A DNA stretch of 64,000 bases from Candidatus Zymogenaceae bacterium (lineage in GTDB: Bacteria > Desulfobacterota > Zymogenia > Zymogenales > Zymogenaceae), in assembly GCA_016933535.1 (NCBI GenBank), contig JAFGAS010000072.1, positions 1,410-65,409 of the forward strand, read 5' to 3'. The translations under genes and the position numbers were made by a program. Every line of letters begins with the position of its first letter. Within the stretch, counting starts at the first letter, position 1. The notes below the pieces were generated by a model, which worked only from the letters and a program-made list of their open reading frames with translations, was not told the origin of the DNA and searched no databases. This document shows, piece after piece, positions 48,519-57,924 of this stretch.

Positions 48519-48734
48519 ATGCGTACCCTGATAATGACCAGGATTGTCCCGATCATTTTTTTGGGCCTCGGCACGACAATTGCCGTGCTCTTTTTCTTCT
48601 ATCTCTACTACTACATCCAGCTCCTGAAAAAAAAAGACGTCGCCAAGAAATATCGACTCGTCATCAATCTGATTATCGGACTGTCTCTTATTTGGTTTAT
48701 TGTGTTGGTGATCGGCATTCTGATAAATATTTAG
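48519..48734 (+). CDS. small membrane protein (hypothetical)
   Basis: 71 aa with two TM helices. The start is the ATG at 48519. Confidence 0.35.
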   Translation: MRTLIMTRIVPIIFLGLGTTIAVLFFFYLYYYIQLLKKKDVAKKYRLVINLIIGLSLIWFIVLVIGILINI

Positions 48735-48751
48735 GGGGAGAATGAATCATC

Positions 48752-49708
48752 ATGAGGAAACTCGCGATACTGGGGCTCTTTATAATACTTCTGGCCGCGC
48801 CCCTGGCAACACTGGCCGCCACCGTCACCATCGTCCATTCCTGCGACAATTACGGCGAAGTTATCCCCTGCGGGTGAGAAAACAAACGGCTGGGTGGTTT
48901 CGCCCGGCGTGCAACCGTGATCGCAGAGATTAGGAAGAGTTACCCCAATGTCCTCGTGGCCGACGCGGGAGACTTCCTGTTTCGCTCCATCCACCTCTCC
49001 TCGATAGGCGAAGAGGCCGATAAAGTCGCCGCCCGGTATGTCGTTAAGGGTATGAGCCTGGTAAAATACGACGTCGCCAACATCGGCCCCAACGATCTGG
49101 CCGCCGGCCTGGACTTCCTCCTCGATATCAAAAAGGAGGCGGCATTTACGATCATCAGCTCCAACATCGTCTCGACGAAGACGAGCACCCCGATCTTCGA
49201 AACCTCGGCGATCAAGATAGTCGGAGGGATAAAGGTCGGCTTCTTTGGAATCGCGGGCTCGGGCGCCTCCGGAGCCCACGACAGAGATACCTTCAGCTTT
49301 GCCGATCCCCAGGAGACCGGGGAAAAGATGGTCATGGAGCTCTCGAAGAAGGCGGCCGTTATCGTGGCCCTGCTGGCAATGGATCGAAAGGACGCGTACG
49401 ATTTTGCCGCGGCGGTGCCGGGAATCGACCTCATCATCACGACGAGCCAGCCCCAGCCGATTCCGGTCCCCAAACCTGTCGGCACGTCCTACATGGCCTC
49501 CGGCGATGAAAAGGGGAAACGCCTCGGCAGGACATCTATCGTCGTCGGTTCATCCCGTCCCTATATGATAACCGGGCAGGTCGTGCCGATCGGCTCCCTG
49601 ATCAATCGGGACCCCTCCCTCAATAAGCTCGAAAACGACTATTATAGATGGCTCAAGGAGTATTCCCCGGAATCCGCAGGCGACCCGCCCGATACGATGG
49701 ATGAGTAG
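48752..49708 (+). CDS. secreted calcineurin-like metallophosphoesterase / 5'-nucleotidase N-domain-like protein with an in-frame TGA at 48875-48877
   Basis: The ATG at 48752 follows GGGGGAG. The reading runs MRKLAILGLFIILLAAPLATLAATVTIVHSCDNYGEVIPCG-TGA-ENKRLGGFARRATVIAEIRKSYPNVLVADAGDF. Both sides align to the 5'-nucleotidase N-terminus (signal peptide, HTNDxHG-like segment, GGFARLA..., GD motif). The frame stays open through 49708. Confidence 0.5.
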
Positions 49709-49711
49709 CCG

Positions 49712-50314
49712 ATGACGCACCCAAAAACCGGTATTATTCTCGCGGGTGGGTCTTCCCATCGGATGGGGACCGACAAGTCGTTTCTCGATCTTGGGGGGGT
49801 ACCGATCATTGGACACGTAATCAGGGTTATGACCTCGGCATTTCCGCGCGTGCTCATCATCACCAACGATCCCGACAAGTACGCCCGGTTCGGCCTTCCG
49901 ATGAAGGCCGATATCATATCCGGCATCGGGACGCTGGGCGGTATCCACTCGGGACTAACCTATCTTAAGGACAGCGCCGCCCTTTTCGTGGCCTCGGATA
50001 TGCCCTTTATCAGGCCCGCCCTTATCGACTATCTTGTCTCAGCCTTCCACGATACCGACGCCGTCGTCCCTTATTTGAACGGAGAATACGAGCCGCTCCT
50101 GGCTATTTACGCGAGGGGGTGTCTTCCGGCGGTTGAAAAGACGATAGCCTCCCGAAAACGCCGGGTCGTCGACTTCCTGTCGGGCATTCGTCTCAGGACG
50201 ATTCGAAATGACGAGTTCTCTTTAGTGGACCCCGACTACCTGTCAATTTTTAACATCAACACGCCCGAGGACTATGAGCGGGCCAAACGAATCGTGGAGG
50301 TACGCGACCGATGA
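49712..50314 (+). CDS. mobA: molybdenum cofactor guanylyltransferase MobA
   Basis: GIILAGGSSHRMGTDKSFLDLGG N-terminal motif, 200 aa. Confidence 0.85.
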   Translation: MTHPKTGIILAGGSSHRMGTDKSFLDLGGVPIIGHVIRVMTSAFPRVLIITNDPDKYARFGLPMKADIISGIGTLGGIHSGLTYLKDSAALFVASDMPFIRPALIDYLVSAFHDTDAVVPYLNGEYEPLLAIYARGCLPAVEKTIASRKRRVVDFLSGIRLRTIRNDEFSLVDPDYLSIFNINTPEDYERAKRIVEVRDR

Positions 50315-50805
50315 TCCCCATCGTCAGCTTCGTCGGGTGGTCGGACAGCGGCAAGACCACGTATCTCGAGCGGCTTATCCCCGAGCTGACCGGGCGGGGC
50401 TATCGAGTATGCGCCGTCAAGCACGATGTCCACGGTTTTGAGATCGACACCCCGGGCAAAGACAGCTGGCGCCTCAAACGGGCCGGCGCCGCCGTAAGCG
50501 TCGTGTCGTCCCCCGCCAAGATCGCCGTAATCGCCGAGACCGATCACGATCTGACGCTTTCCGAAATCCGGGCCCGGTTCATCTCGGATGTCGATCTTAT
50601 CGTCTCGGAAGGTTTCAAGAAGGACGTCCAACCGAAGATCGAGGTCTTTCGCAAGGGGATTCGGGACGCGCTGCTGTGCACGGCGGCAGATATGCTCATC
50701 GCAGTGGCCGCCGATTGCCCTGTCCAGACCGACGTCCGTGTCATCGATCTGGACGACGTCGCGTCTATGGCGGATTTTATAGAGAAGGCAATACTAAAAG
50801 GATAG
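50311..50805 (+). CDS. mobB: molybdopterin-guanine dinucleotide biosynthesis protein MobB
   Basis: P-loop VGWSDSGKTT and the CAVKHD motif. The start overlaps the mobA stop (ATGA). Confidence 0.85.
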   Translation: MIPIVSFVGWSDSGKTTYLERLIPELTGRGYRVCAVKHDVHGFEIDTPGKDSWRLKRAGAAVSVVSSPAKIAVIAETDHDLTLSEIRARFISDVDLIVSEGFKKDVQPKIEVFRKGIRDALLCTAADMLIAVAADCPVQTDVRVIDLDDVASMADFIEKAILKG

Positions 50806-50865
50806 CATGTCCCTATCCATTATCACGCAGGCAGGATTGTTCCATACCCTAAACAGGAGGAATCA

Positions 50866-51681
50866 ATGATCATCGACACCCACTCCCAGCTCTGGACGAA
50901 AGAGGCCATCGAGAGCTTCCCCAAGGCAATGGCCGAGGGTTACAAGGCCATGTTCAAGGACATGCGCTTTCCCTCTATTGAGGATACACTCAAGGACATG
51001 GACGCTGCCGGCGTCGACAAGGCCGTCATCGTGGCGGTGGATGCCGAGACGACCCACAAGTATCGGGTCTCAAACGACCTCGTGGCCGAGACGGTGGCAA
51101 AACACCCCGACCGGCTCATCGGTTTTGCGAGCGTCGATCCCCACAAGGGGAAACAAGGGGTTAAGGAATTCGAACGGGCGATCACGGACCTGAAACTGAA
51201 GGGGCTCAAGATTCTCCCCCACCTCGTCCAGCTCGATATAAACGACACGATGATCTACCCGCTCTACGAAGCGGCCCAGGAATTGGCTGTTCCCGTCCTC
51301 TTTCACACCGGCACCCAGTTTCACGCAGGCACGAAGATCAAGTATTGCCGCCCACTGTTTGTGGACGACGTGGCCGTTGACTTCCCCCGCCTCAAGCTCA
51401 TCATCGCCCATTTCGGCTACCCCTGGTGGGAAGAGGCCCTGGCGGTGGTGAGAAGAAATCCCTTTGTCTATTTCAACATCGCCGGCTGGGCGCCGAAATA
51501 TATCCCGGAGGGGGTCATCCGCCTTGCCGACACGGCGTTAACGGGAAAGGTCCTGTTCGGCAGCGATTATCCGCTTCTCTCCCGGGTCCGCATCATGAAG
51601 GAAATCAAGGAGCTTCCCATCAAGGAGACGACGTTTGCGGCGATGACCGATCACAATCCCAGGGCGCTCCTCGGAATCTGA
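50866..51681 (+). CDS. amidohydrolase-2 family metal-dependent hydrolase (TIM barrel)
   Basis: MIIDTHSQLW N-terminal metal-binding His, VLFHTG and IAHFGYPW motifs, 271 aa. Confidence 0.8.
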   Translation: MIIDTHSQLWTKEAIESFPKAMAEGYKAMFKDMRFPSIEDTLKDMDAAGVDKAVIVAVDAETTHKYRVSNDLVAETVAKHPDRLIGFASVDPHKGKQGVKEFERAITDLKLKGLKILPHLVQLDINDTMIYPLYEAAQELAVPVLFHTGTQFHAGTKIKYCRPLFVDDVAVDFPRLKLIIAHFGYPWWEEALAVVRRNPFVYFNIAGWAPKYIPEGVIRLADTALTGKVLFGSDYPLLSRVRIMKEIKELPIKETTFAAMTDHNPRALLGI

Positions 51682-52193
51682 TCTCGGCAAAGGCTGCCTT
51701 TTTCGGTATCGGTATAAAGTGTTCTATGGATTGAATGAATCTGAACGGAAATCTCGATCGATGCGGCTTTCCGCATATCGCCGGCTCCCGGAGAGGCAGG
51801 TTCCGTAAGTGCGTCGTTCATCGTCGCAAAAGGAATAAAATACCGGGGTGTCTATTTTCCCCTGTGGACGGAACGGCCGATAAGCGCTCGATCGGGAGAT
51901 TTGTTGAGGCATGGTCGAAGTAAACGGGGGTTGCCCACAAAAAAGGTCCCTTAAAGAGGGGCCGGACTAATGCAGATTCGGGATTGATCCTGTTGGGATA
52001 AATTAAACAGTCATCCCCAACATGCGGGCGGTCGCGGGGTGGGGCGGAAACGACAACGAATACCGGCGTGGCGGTCCCGGCCTGCCCCGTCCGGGAGTAA
52101 ACTATCGAGACGTTTCTTATTAAACCTGTATGGAGGCATAAGGCCTCAAACAGGGATGTACGTCTCGCCGGGGCCGGCCGCATCCCTTTGGGC

Positions 52194-52724
52194 CTATTTC
52201 TTGTCTTTGAGCGCGGCATCGAGCCGCTTCTTCAGGTCGGCTATCTCGGCTTCCTTCTTTCCGAGCAATTCCTCCAGTTCTTCCCGGGTTTGCCTGAGCT
52301 CATCTCGGTTACGTTTGCGTTCGATGGAATGTCGGATCGAGCGGACAAGGACCGCCGGGTTTACGATCCCCTTGAAGAGGTAGTCCTGGGCGCCCTCCCT
52401 GACCGCGAGGATGGCCGTCTCGTCATCCTCGAGGGCCGACAGCACCACGACGGGGATATCCGTACAGACTTCCCGGATCTTGAAAAAGGTGAAGATTCCT
52501 TCACTGTCCGGAAGCAGGAGATCAAGCAGCACCACGTCAATCCGGCCTTTCTTCACGCGGTCGATTCCCTTTTCGAGGTTCTCCACTCGCTCGAAGGTAA
52601 ACGGCCCGCCGTCTATCTCGGCAATCATCTCCTGAACCATCCGGGCAAAACCGGTGTCATCCTCTATGAGTAAGACCTTTATCGGTCCGTTCCCGCCGAT
52701 CTTCCCAACTTCCCAGTGTGGCAT
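52194..52724 (-). CDS. response regulator receiver protein (CheY-like REC domain plus a C-terminal coiled coil)
   Basis: VLLIEDD...DVVLLDLLLPD...LSALEDD...K motifs of a REC domain, 176 aa. Confidence 0.85.
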   Translation of the reverse strand: MPHWEVGKIGGNGPIKVLLIEDDTGFARMVQEMIAEIDGGPFTFERVENLEKGIDRVKKGRIDVVLLDLLLPDSEGIFTFFKIREVCTDIPVVVLSALEDDETAILAVREGAQDYLFKGIVNPAVLVRSIRHSIERKRNRDELRQTREELEELLGKKEAEIADLKKRLDAALKDKK

Positions 52725-53192
52725 CTCCAGGGCTCCTTAATAATTAATCAGCCGATATATACGAACGCCTTCTTTATGACAGCCGCCGATCTCGCACAGC
52801 GTGCATATCTGCCGTCCTCTATCCGGCGGTCCCGACACAAAAAAAAATATATGGTTACATACCATAATTTCTCAATGATGTCAACCATATTCACAGTTAT
52901 TTCAATCTATACGCCCGCTGGCGGCGTTATCGTAATTCATCACCGCAATTCGTGGGGACGTGTATCGACAGATGATACATAGGAACTATGTTCGGAATGA
53001 CGGCCGCAACTCTTGTCCCGCATGGGAGGGTTCGGCCGGCACCATTGTGGATATATTAGATGCAAAACAGACGTTTTTTTTAAAAAACTGAAATTCTTTA
53101 TGGATATTATGAGAGAAATATTCTATAATTCCGTCGGAGTTATACCATCTCTAGATATCATCAGTCTTTTCTACTTCACCGAGAGGCATATC

Positions 53193-53780
53193 ATGGGCGA
53201 GGAGCAAAAAATGGCGACGAGTATGGCGATACGAGCGGCAATCGACGGTATTCACGAAATAGTTGGAGATAACGGGGCAAAGATCCTTTTTAGAAATATC
53301 GGCTTTTCTCACATCTACGAGAATCCTCCCGGCTACACATGGGAGCCCTGTTTGACCGTGCCCGAACAGGCCAAGATATATGGAGAGGTCATCAACCTGG
53401 TGGGTCTTAACGGGGGCATTGGCATCTGGCGCCGAATCGGCTATACCAATATAAAGTACGCCGTGGAGATCGGACATATCCTGGACGCATTCATGGACCT
53501 CCCGCCGACTGAGAAGTACCTGAGGGGAATGGAAATCTTCTGTGCCGCCTCCGGCAAGGGCAAGCCGGTCCCCCGTGAAGACGGCCTGGCCGATTTCGAT
53601 TGTCCCGATTGCCTGCTGTGCGCCGGCTACAAGACCGACCGGGCCATGTGCGGGGTTTACGAAGGCACCACCCAGTTCATGATCGACTTCGCCTTCGGCA
53701 AGGGAAAATATCAGGTACGGGAGACCAAGTGCATGGCAAAGGGTGACGATACCTGCTATTTTTCCCTCTTCCAGAAATAG
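53193..53780 (+). CDS. V4R domain protein (second paralogue)
   Basis: The C-terminus CPDCLLCAGYKTDRAMCGVYEGTTQFMIDFAFG...ETKCMAKGDDTCYFSLFQK matches the V4R Cys signature shared with 5962..6840. The start was moved to the ATG at 53193. Confidence 0.6.
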   Translation: MGEEQKMATSMAIRAAIDGIHEIVGDNGAKILFRNIGFSHIYENPPGYTWEPCLTVPEQAKIYGEVINLVGLNGGIGIWRRIGYTNIKYAVEIGHILDAFMDLPPTEKYLRGMEIFCAASGKGKPVPREDGLADFDCPDCLLCAGYKTDRAMCGVYEGTTQFMIDFAFGKGKYQVRETKCMAKGDDTCYFSLFQK

Positions 53781-54252
53781 ACCGTGACTCCGATGGACTC
53801 CGGGGGAACGCCGAACGGCATATCGCGTACTATCAAGGTGATTGACTTCATTCCCTACCCTCTCCTATCCCGGGATCGCAATCCCCCTCACAATAAATCA
53901 GTCGTCTAATGCCCGTTGCTTCTCGTGGGACGTCCCACCGGCCCTCACGGCGAATCTGGACGCGCCGGCCGCCCGTGAGCAATTCTGCCGACCGGCCCGC
54001 GAAAAGCGATGCTCCATAAAAACGCTACATTAATCCCGTAAAAGATGGTAAGGTTATTGTATCGTGATGATAAGGATATGAATAGTAAATGCCCGCGCAT
54101 CGTGGCGCACACCCTATCCTTCATCGATCTGGTGTGGATGAGGGGCGGATGATCCGGCAGTGCGCCGCGGTTTAACGGATGTCGGTGGGAATACGTCCTC
54201 CCGCCGCCGCCCCGGGCGGCATCCGCCCATATTTCCTACAAAGGATCCGACA

Positions 54253-55155
54253 ATGTCGCCGATTTTCCCCGAATTCAAATCTTTAGAGCTTTCCGATCGC
54301 CAGGTCATTACCGAGTTTCTCGATCGCTATCGCCCCCGGATCTCAGAACTGACATTTACCAACCTCTTCATCTGGAGGTCATACTTCCGATGGGAATGGT
54401 CGGTCCTCGACGACCGCCTGGTCATTATTTCTCCCGGCAGGAAAGGGGACTCGTTTGCCCTCGCTCCCATCGGCGATCCCCCGCGGGCCCAAGTCACCCG
54501 GTCCGTTCTCGCCTACCTCGGCGGTGAACGGGGGGCAACACTACCCACTGTCCAACGGGCCGATCGCCGGCTTGTTGACGAGCTGTCGTCGGCCGGCGAC
54601 TTTTCCGTCCAAGAGACACGGGAGCACTTTGATTATGTCTACGCGACAAAGGACCTCATCGATCTTGCCGGGCGCAAATACCACGCCAAGCGTAATTACA
54701 TCAACCGTTTCCGGGCGGAATACGAATTTTCTTACGAGTCCCTCAACGAAACACATATCGCCGCCTGCCTCGCTCTTGCCGGCGAGTGGTGCCGGGTTCG
54801 TAAATGCTGCGATGACCTTGGCCTCCTGGGAGAATACAAGGCGGTCAGGGAGGCCCTCACGCACTATTCGGACCTGAGCCTTTTAGGCGGGGTGATCACG
54901 ATCGACGGAAAGATCCGGGCCTTCACGCTGGCCGAGGCCCTTAATGCCGAGACAGCCGTCGTCCACGTAGAGAAGGCCGATCCCGATATCCGCGGCCTCT
55001 ACGCGATGATCAACCGAGAGTTCTGCGCCCACGCCCTTTCGGGATTCGACTGGGTCAACCGGGAGCAGGACCTGGCCGACGAGGGGTTGAGGAAGGCCAA
55101 GGAATCGTACTATCCCGAGCGGCTGGAAGAGAAGTACCGGGTGGGGCTGAAATGA
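54253..55155 (+). CDS. DUF2156-like protein (MprF C-terminal lysyl-transferase-like fold)
   Basis: 300-aa conserved hypothetical protein. The start is the ATG at 54253 after AAGGA. The family assignment is from memory. Confidence 0.45.
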   Translation: MSPIFPEFKSLELSDRQVITEFLDRYRPRISELTFTNLFIWRSYFRWEWSVLDDRLVIISPGRKGDSFALAPIGDPPRAQVTRSVLAYLGGERGATLPTVQRADRRLVDELSSAGDFSVQETREHFDYVYATKDLIDLAGRKYHAKRNYINRFRAEYEFSYESLNETHIAACLALAGEWCRVRKCCDDLGLLGEYKAVREALTHYSDLSLLGGVITIDGKIRAFTLAEALNAETAVVHVEKADPDIRGLYAMINREFCAHALSGFDWVNREQDLADEGLRKAKESYYPERLEEKYRVGLK

Positions 55156-55403
55156 GCTATTAACGAAAGGGCCGGATGTTGCAGTTATAATCCTCGGTTC
55201 TGCGGGGAGCCGTGAGGAAACAGGAATTTAAGCCAAATACAATAAACTCTTTCTTTCTTATACCGCCGGGACGGCCGTCAAACATAGTGATATCGATCTT
55301 CTATCGGTTTTAGAGGACAACAGGGACTTGATACGTTCGAAGACGATTGGAAAAGACAGCCTCTCCGATGGGCCCCCAAGAACGTCCGCTTTTCGGGGTG
55401 TCA

Positions 55404-55430
55404 TAAAAAAAGGGCCGGTTTCCCGGCCCT
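55404..55430 (-). terminator. rho-independent terminator downstream of the bactofilin gene (minus strand)
   Basis: GGGCCGG-TTTC-CCGGCCC hairpin. On the minus strand it is followed by T7. Confidence 0.55.
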
Positions 55431-55457
55431 TCCTGACGTGCGGTATGGTTTGGACGA

Positions 55458-55940
55458 CTATTCCGTTACCGGCTCCGGCTCAGTTATGACCGGCTCCTCG
55501 ACCTTTTCGCGCTTGGTGTGTTTTTCTTTTTTCATCGTGATGTTGCCCTCAAACAGGACGCCGTCGGCGATCATAAGACGGTTGGCGTTGATATCTCCGA
55601 AGATCTGGCCCGTGGGCTGCGCTTCGAGGATATTGCGCGCCTCTATGTTGCCGTTGATTTTACCGGCAACGATGATGTCGTCGGCCTTGATGTTGCCCTT
55701 TATTTCGCCCGTTTCGCCTATGATCACCTTGGACGAGATATTCATCTCGCCCTTGACGAGCCCGTCGATTCCGACGCTCGCTCCGCCGGTGATTTTGCCT
55801 TCCACCGTCGTTCCATGGGCGATGTAACACTCACAGTCCCGCCGGGGACGGGTTACCAGGTCCATATCGGAGCCGCCGCTTCTCTTGGGCTCCTCGTTCT
55901 GCTGATCCTCTGTCTTTTTATCGAAAAATCCCATATACAT
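55458..55940 (-). CDS. bactofilin (DUF583) cytoskeletal polymer protein
   Basis: Repetitive beta-helical bactofilin core (VEGKITGGASVGIDGLVKGEMNISSKVIIGETGEIKGNIKADDIIVAGKINGNIEA), 160 aa. Confidence 0.85.
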   Translation of the reverse strand: MYMGFFDKKTEDQQNEEPKRSGGSDMDLVTRPRRDCECYIAHGTTVEGKITGGASVGIDGLVKGEMNISSKVIIGETGEIKGNIKADDIIVAGKINGNIEARNILEAQPTGQIFGDINANRLMIADGVLFEGNITMKKEKHTKREKVEEPVITEPEPVTE

Positions 55941-56196
55941 ATGCCTCCTTTCCTTAGCTTATAACGATATACCAGCCGCTCCCGGTTGTCAAGAAATTAT
56001 TGGCAACCCCGGGCCGGCCGCGCAGGGCAATCAGCCCGATCGCCGGCGATCGATTCCATGGCTCGACAAACACGTAAAAAAGTGTGACGGGGCAAACAGA
56101 AACTTGTCGAAGGGCGTGAGAGAATTATAAAAATACAGTGTCCGGTAAAACGGTAATCAATTTAAGGCCTTTTTCACTCACAGATGGAGAGCCGCT

Positions 56197-56763
56197 ATGT
56201 TGAAGCAAAACAAAGAGGCAAAAACGGCCCCGGTAAAACAGCCCGGAGCCTTTGATCGGGTCATCGGGTCTTTCGCTTCGTTTTTCGGGAACCGATCGGT
56301 ATGGATCCCGACGGTCGTGACCGTCGTTATCCTCCTTATGCTGGCAGCCACCGTCATTGTTGCCTTCGAGGTCATGTGCCTGCGCGACCGGGTCGCCTCG
56401 GCGGAGGAAAAGCTCGCGACCCTCACCGAGGACACCCAAAACCTCCGGCCCGGCTGGGTTGACAGCTCCTTTACCGACGTCCAGCCCCTCGATCTGGGCT
56501 TTTCCCTCGTCGATTTCAAGGCCGAGTCGGTCGACGCCGGCGTGCGGGTGAGCGGCGCCGTCATCAACGGGAGCAGTCTCGACCACTATGACGCGGTCTT
56601 CACGATCTCTTTGGGCGAGAATCGCCGGACAAAGGTCACGATCCCGAAGCTGGCCGCCGGCCACAGCGCCCCGTTTGAGGCGATCGTCGGTCCGGCGACG
56701 GACAACAGCATCCCGGGCAAGATACGCGTTCTCTTTTCGGGGTCCACCGTATCTTATTACTGA
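56197..56763 (+). CDS. membrane-anchored hypothetical protein
   Basis: 188 aa with a single TM helix and a predicted periplasmic beta-rich domain. Confidence 0.45.
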   Translation: MLKQNKEAKTAPVKQPGAFDRVIGSFASFFGNRSVWIPTVVTVVILLMLAATVIVAFEVMCLRDRVASAEEKLATLTEDTQNLRPGWVDSSFTDVQPLDLGFSLVDFKAESVDAGVRVSGAVINGSSLDHYDAVFTISLGENRRTKVTIPKLAAGHSAPFEAIVGPATDNSIPGKIRVLFSGSTVSYY

Positions 56764-56856
56764 ACAGGACGGGTTTTCGCCACATGCAGGGGTCCGGAGG
56801 TTGGCGCAGGCGCCGTGCCGCCAGCCCGATAACCGGCGGCGCGGCATAGTCTTTGG

Positions 56857-57681
56857 TCAGGGCGTTTGTTTTATCGCGGATTTATTCGGATTCGTCCGTG
56901 CGCAGGGGACGGCCGTCTGGCACTTGCCGCACCCGCCGGCGTAGATGTTGCCGTATTTCTGCGGGTATTCGGTAAGTATCTTTTCGGCGATGAAGTTCAT
57001 GCAGGTGATGTGGTCTTTTTTTTCAGGGGTGACGGCCCCGGCGGGGCAGCGGCCGATACAGTCCCCGCACGTCCCGTCGGCATCATAGATGCAGTTTTCC
57101 ATGAGCGAACGTGCCGTCCGGGGCGACGGCGGCAGGGCCAGGCCGGTGATCACCGAGCCGAAACGCCCGGCGCACCCCTTTTCGGTGATAAACGAATAGG
57201 TAAGGCAGAATGTCCCCAGGCCGGCAATAAACGCGGTGTGTCGCTCCGACCAGTTGCTCGTTGTCGGCAGCATGACGAATCGGTCGGTACGCATGGGGGC
57301 AATAGCACTGTAGCCCGCCGCCGTAAGGGCCCCGGCCAGATGGTCGCGCAGGGCGTTATTGAACTCCTCTCCCCAGAAGCGGGAGAGATACCACTCCTTT
57401 GACGGCATCCGCTCGACGCGGTTGCTGGCGACGATTTCTTTTGAAAAGGGCAGAAAGTACGAGACGACGCTTACCGCCCCCGGCAGCCACTGGCCGGGCG
57501 ACAGGTGGTGAGGCCCGACGATCCCCTCTTTCTTGAGCTCGTCGTACAGGGGGTCCGCGGCCGCGGCCGCGGCCACGAGCGGCTCCTCGTAGATCACGAG
57601 GCCCGGGATCTCCGGGATGGCGTTGCGCGGGTCGGTCGCAACGAAGTCTCCGATGAGGCGCGTTATCTCTCGTTGGTCCAC
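56857..57681 (-). CDS. epoxyqueuosine reductase (QueG)-like / reductive-dehalogenase-like iron-sulfur protein
   Basis: Two C-terminal 4Fe-4S ferredoxin motifs (CIYDADGTCGDCIGRCP; CGKCQTAVPC), 274 aa. Confidence 0.5.
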   Translation of the reverse strand: MDQREITRLIGDFVATDPRNAIPEIPGLVIYEEPLVAAAAAADPLYDELKKEGIVGPHHLSPGQWLPGAVSVVSYFLPFSKEIVASNRVERMPSKEWYLSRFWGEEFNNALRDHLAGALTAAGYSAIAPMRTDRFVMLPTTSNWSERHTAFIAGLGTFCLTYSFITEKGCAGRFGSVITGLALPPSPRTARSLMENCIYDADGTCGDCIGRCPAGAVTPEKKDHITCMNFIAEKILTEYPQKYGNIYAGGCGKCQTAVPCARTNPNKSAIKQTP

Positions 57682-57721
57682 AGTCGTTGTCCTTTGTCTG
57701 GCCTGATCGACGCCCGTCGTT

Positions 57722-57805
57722 CTATTTCTTCTGTCCCTTTATAATGATCAGGTTTTCCAATCCCATCTCCTTGAGGATCACCGTGAATATCCCGAAGCCC
57801 GGACG
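57722..57805 (-). pseudogene. C-terminal fragment (27 aa) of an SCP2-like gene, duplicate of the 3' end of 60841..61296
   Basis: About 72 nt (57733-57805) are about 90% identical to 60853-60927. The translation RPGFGIFTVILKEMGLENLIIIKGQKK compares with RPAFGMFTVILKEMGLENLIIIKGEKGKG. Confidence 0.6.
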
Positions 57806-57924
57806 AATTGCAGAAAAGGGCTTAAAGGGATTTACAGTGCCCGAATCAGATTCCCGGTTCGTATCAATGAAATCCTGACCGCCTTTTTTAAAGTCTATAC
57901 GAGAGGGCCTCATCTGTCAATAGA

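Noticed and set aside
48742-48933. 63-aa ORF (MNHHEETRD...) overlapping the start of the nucleotidase-like gene
   Set aside because: It is in a different frame from the signal-peptide-encoding ORF that aligns to 5'-nucleotidases. It is Arg-rich with no features.
51700-52190. Possible small genes between the amidohydrolase and response-regulator genes (for example 51818..52219 minus)
   Set aside because: They have no RBS, a low-complexity composition and no conserved motif. The region is treated as a non-coding convergent spacer.
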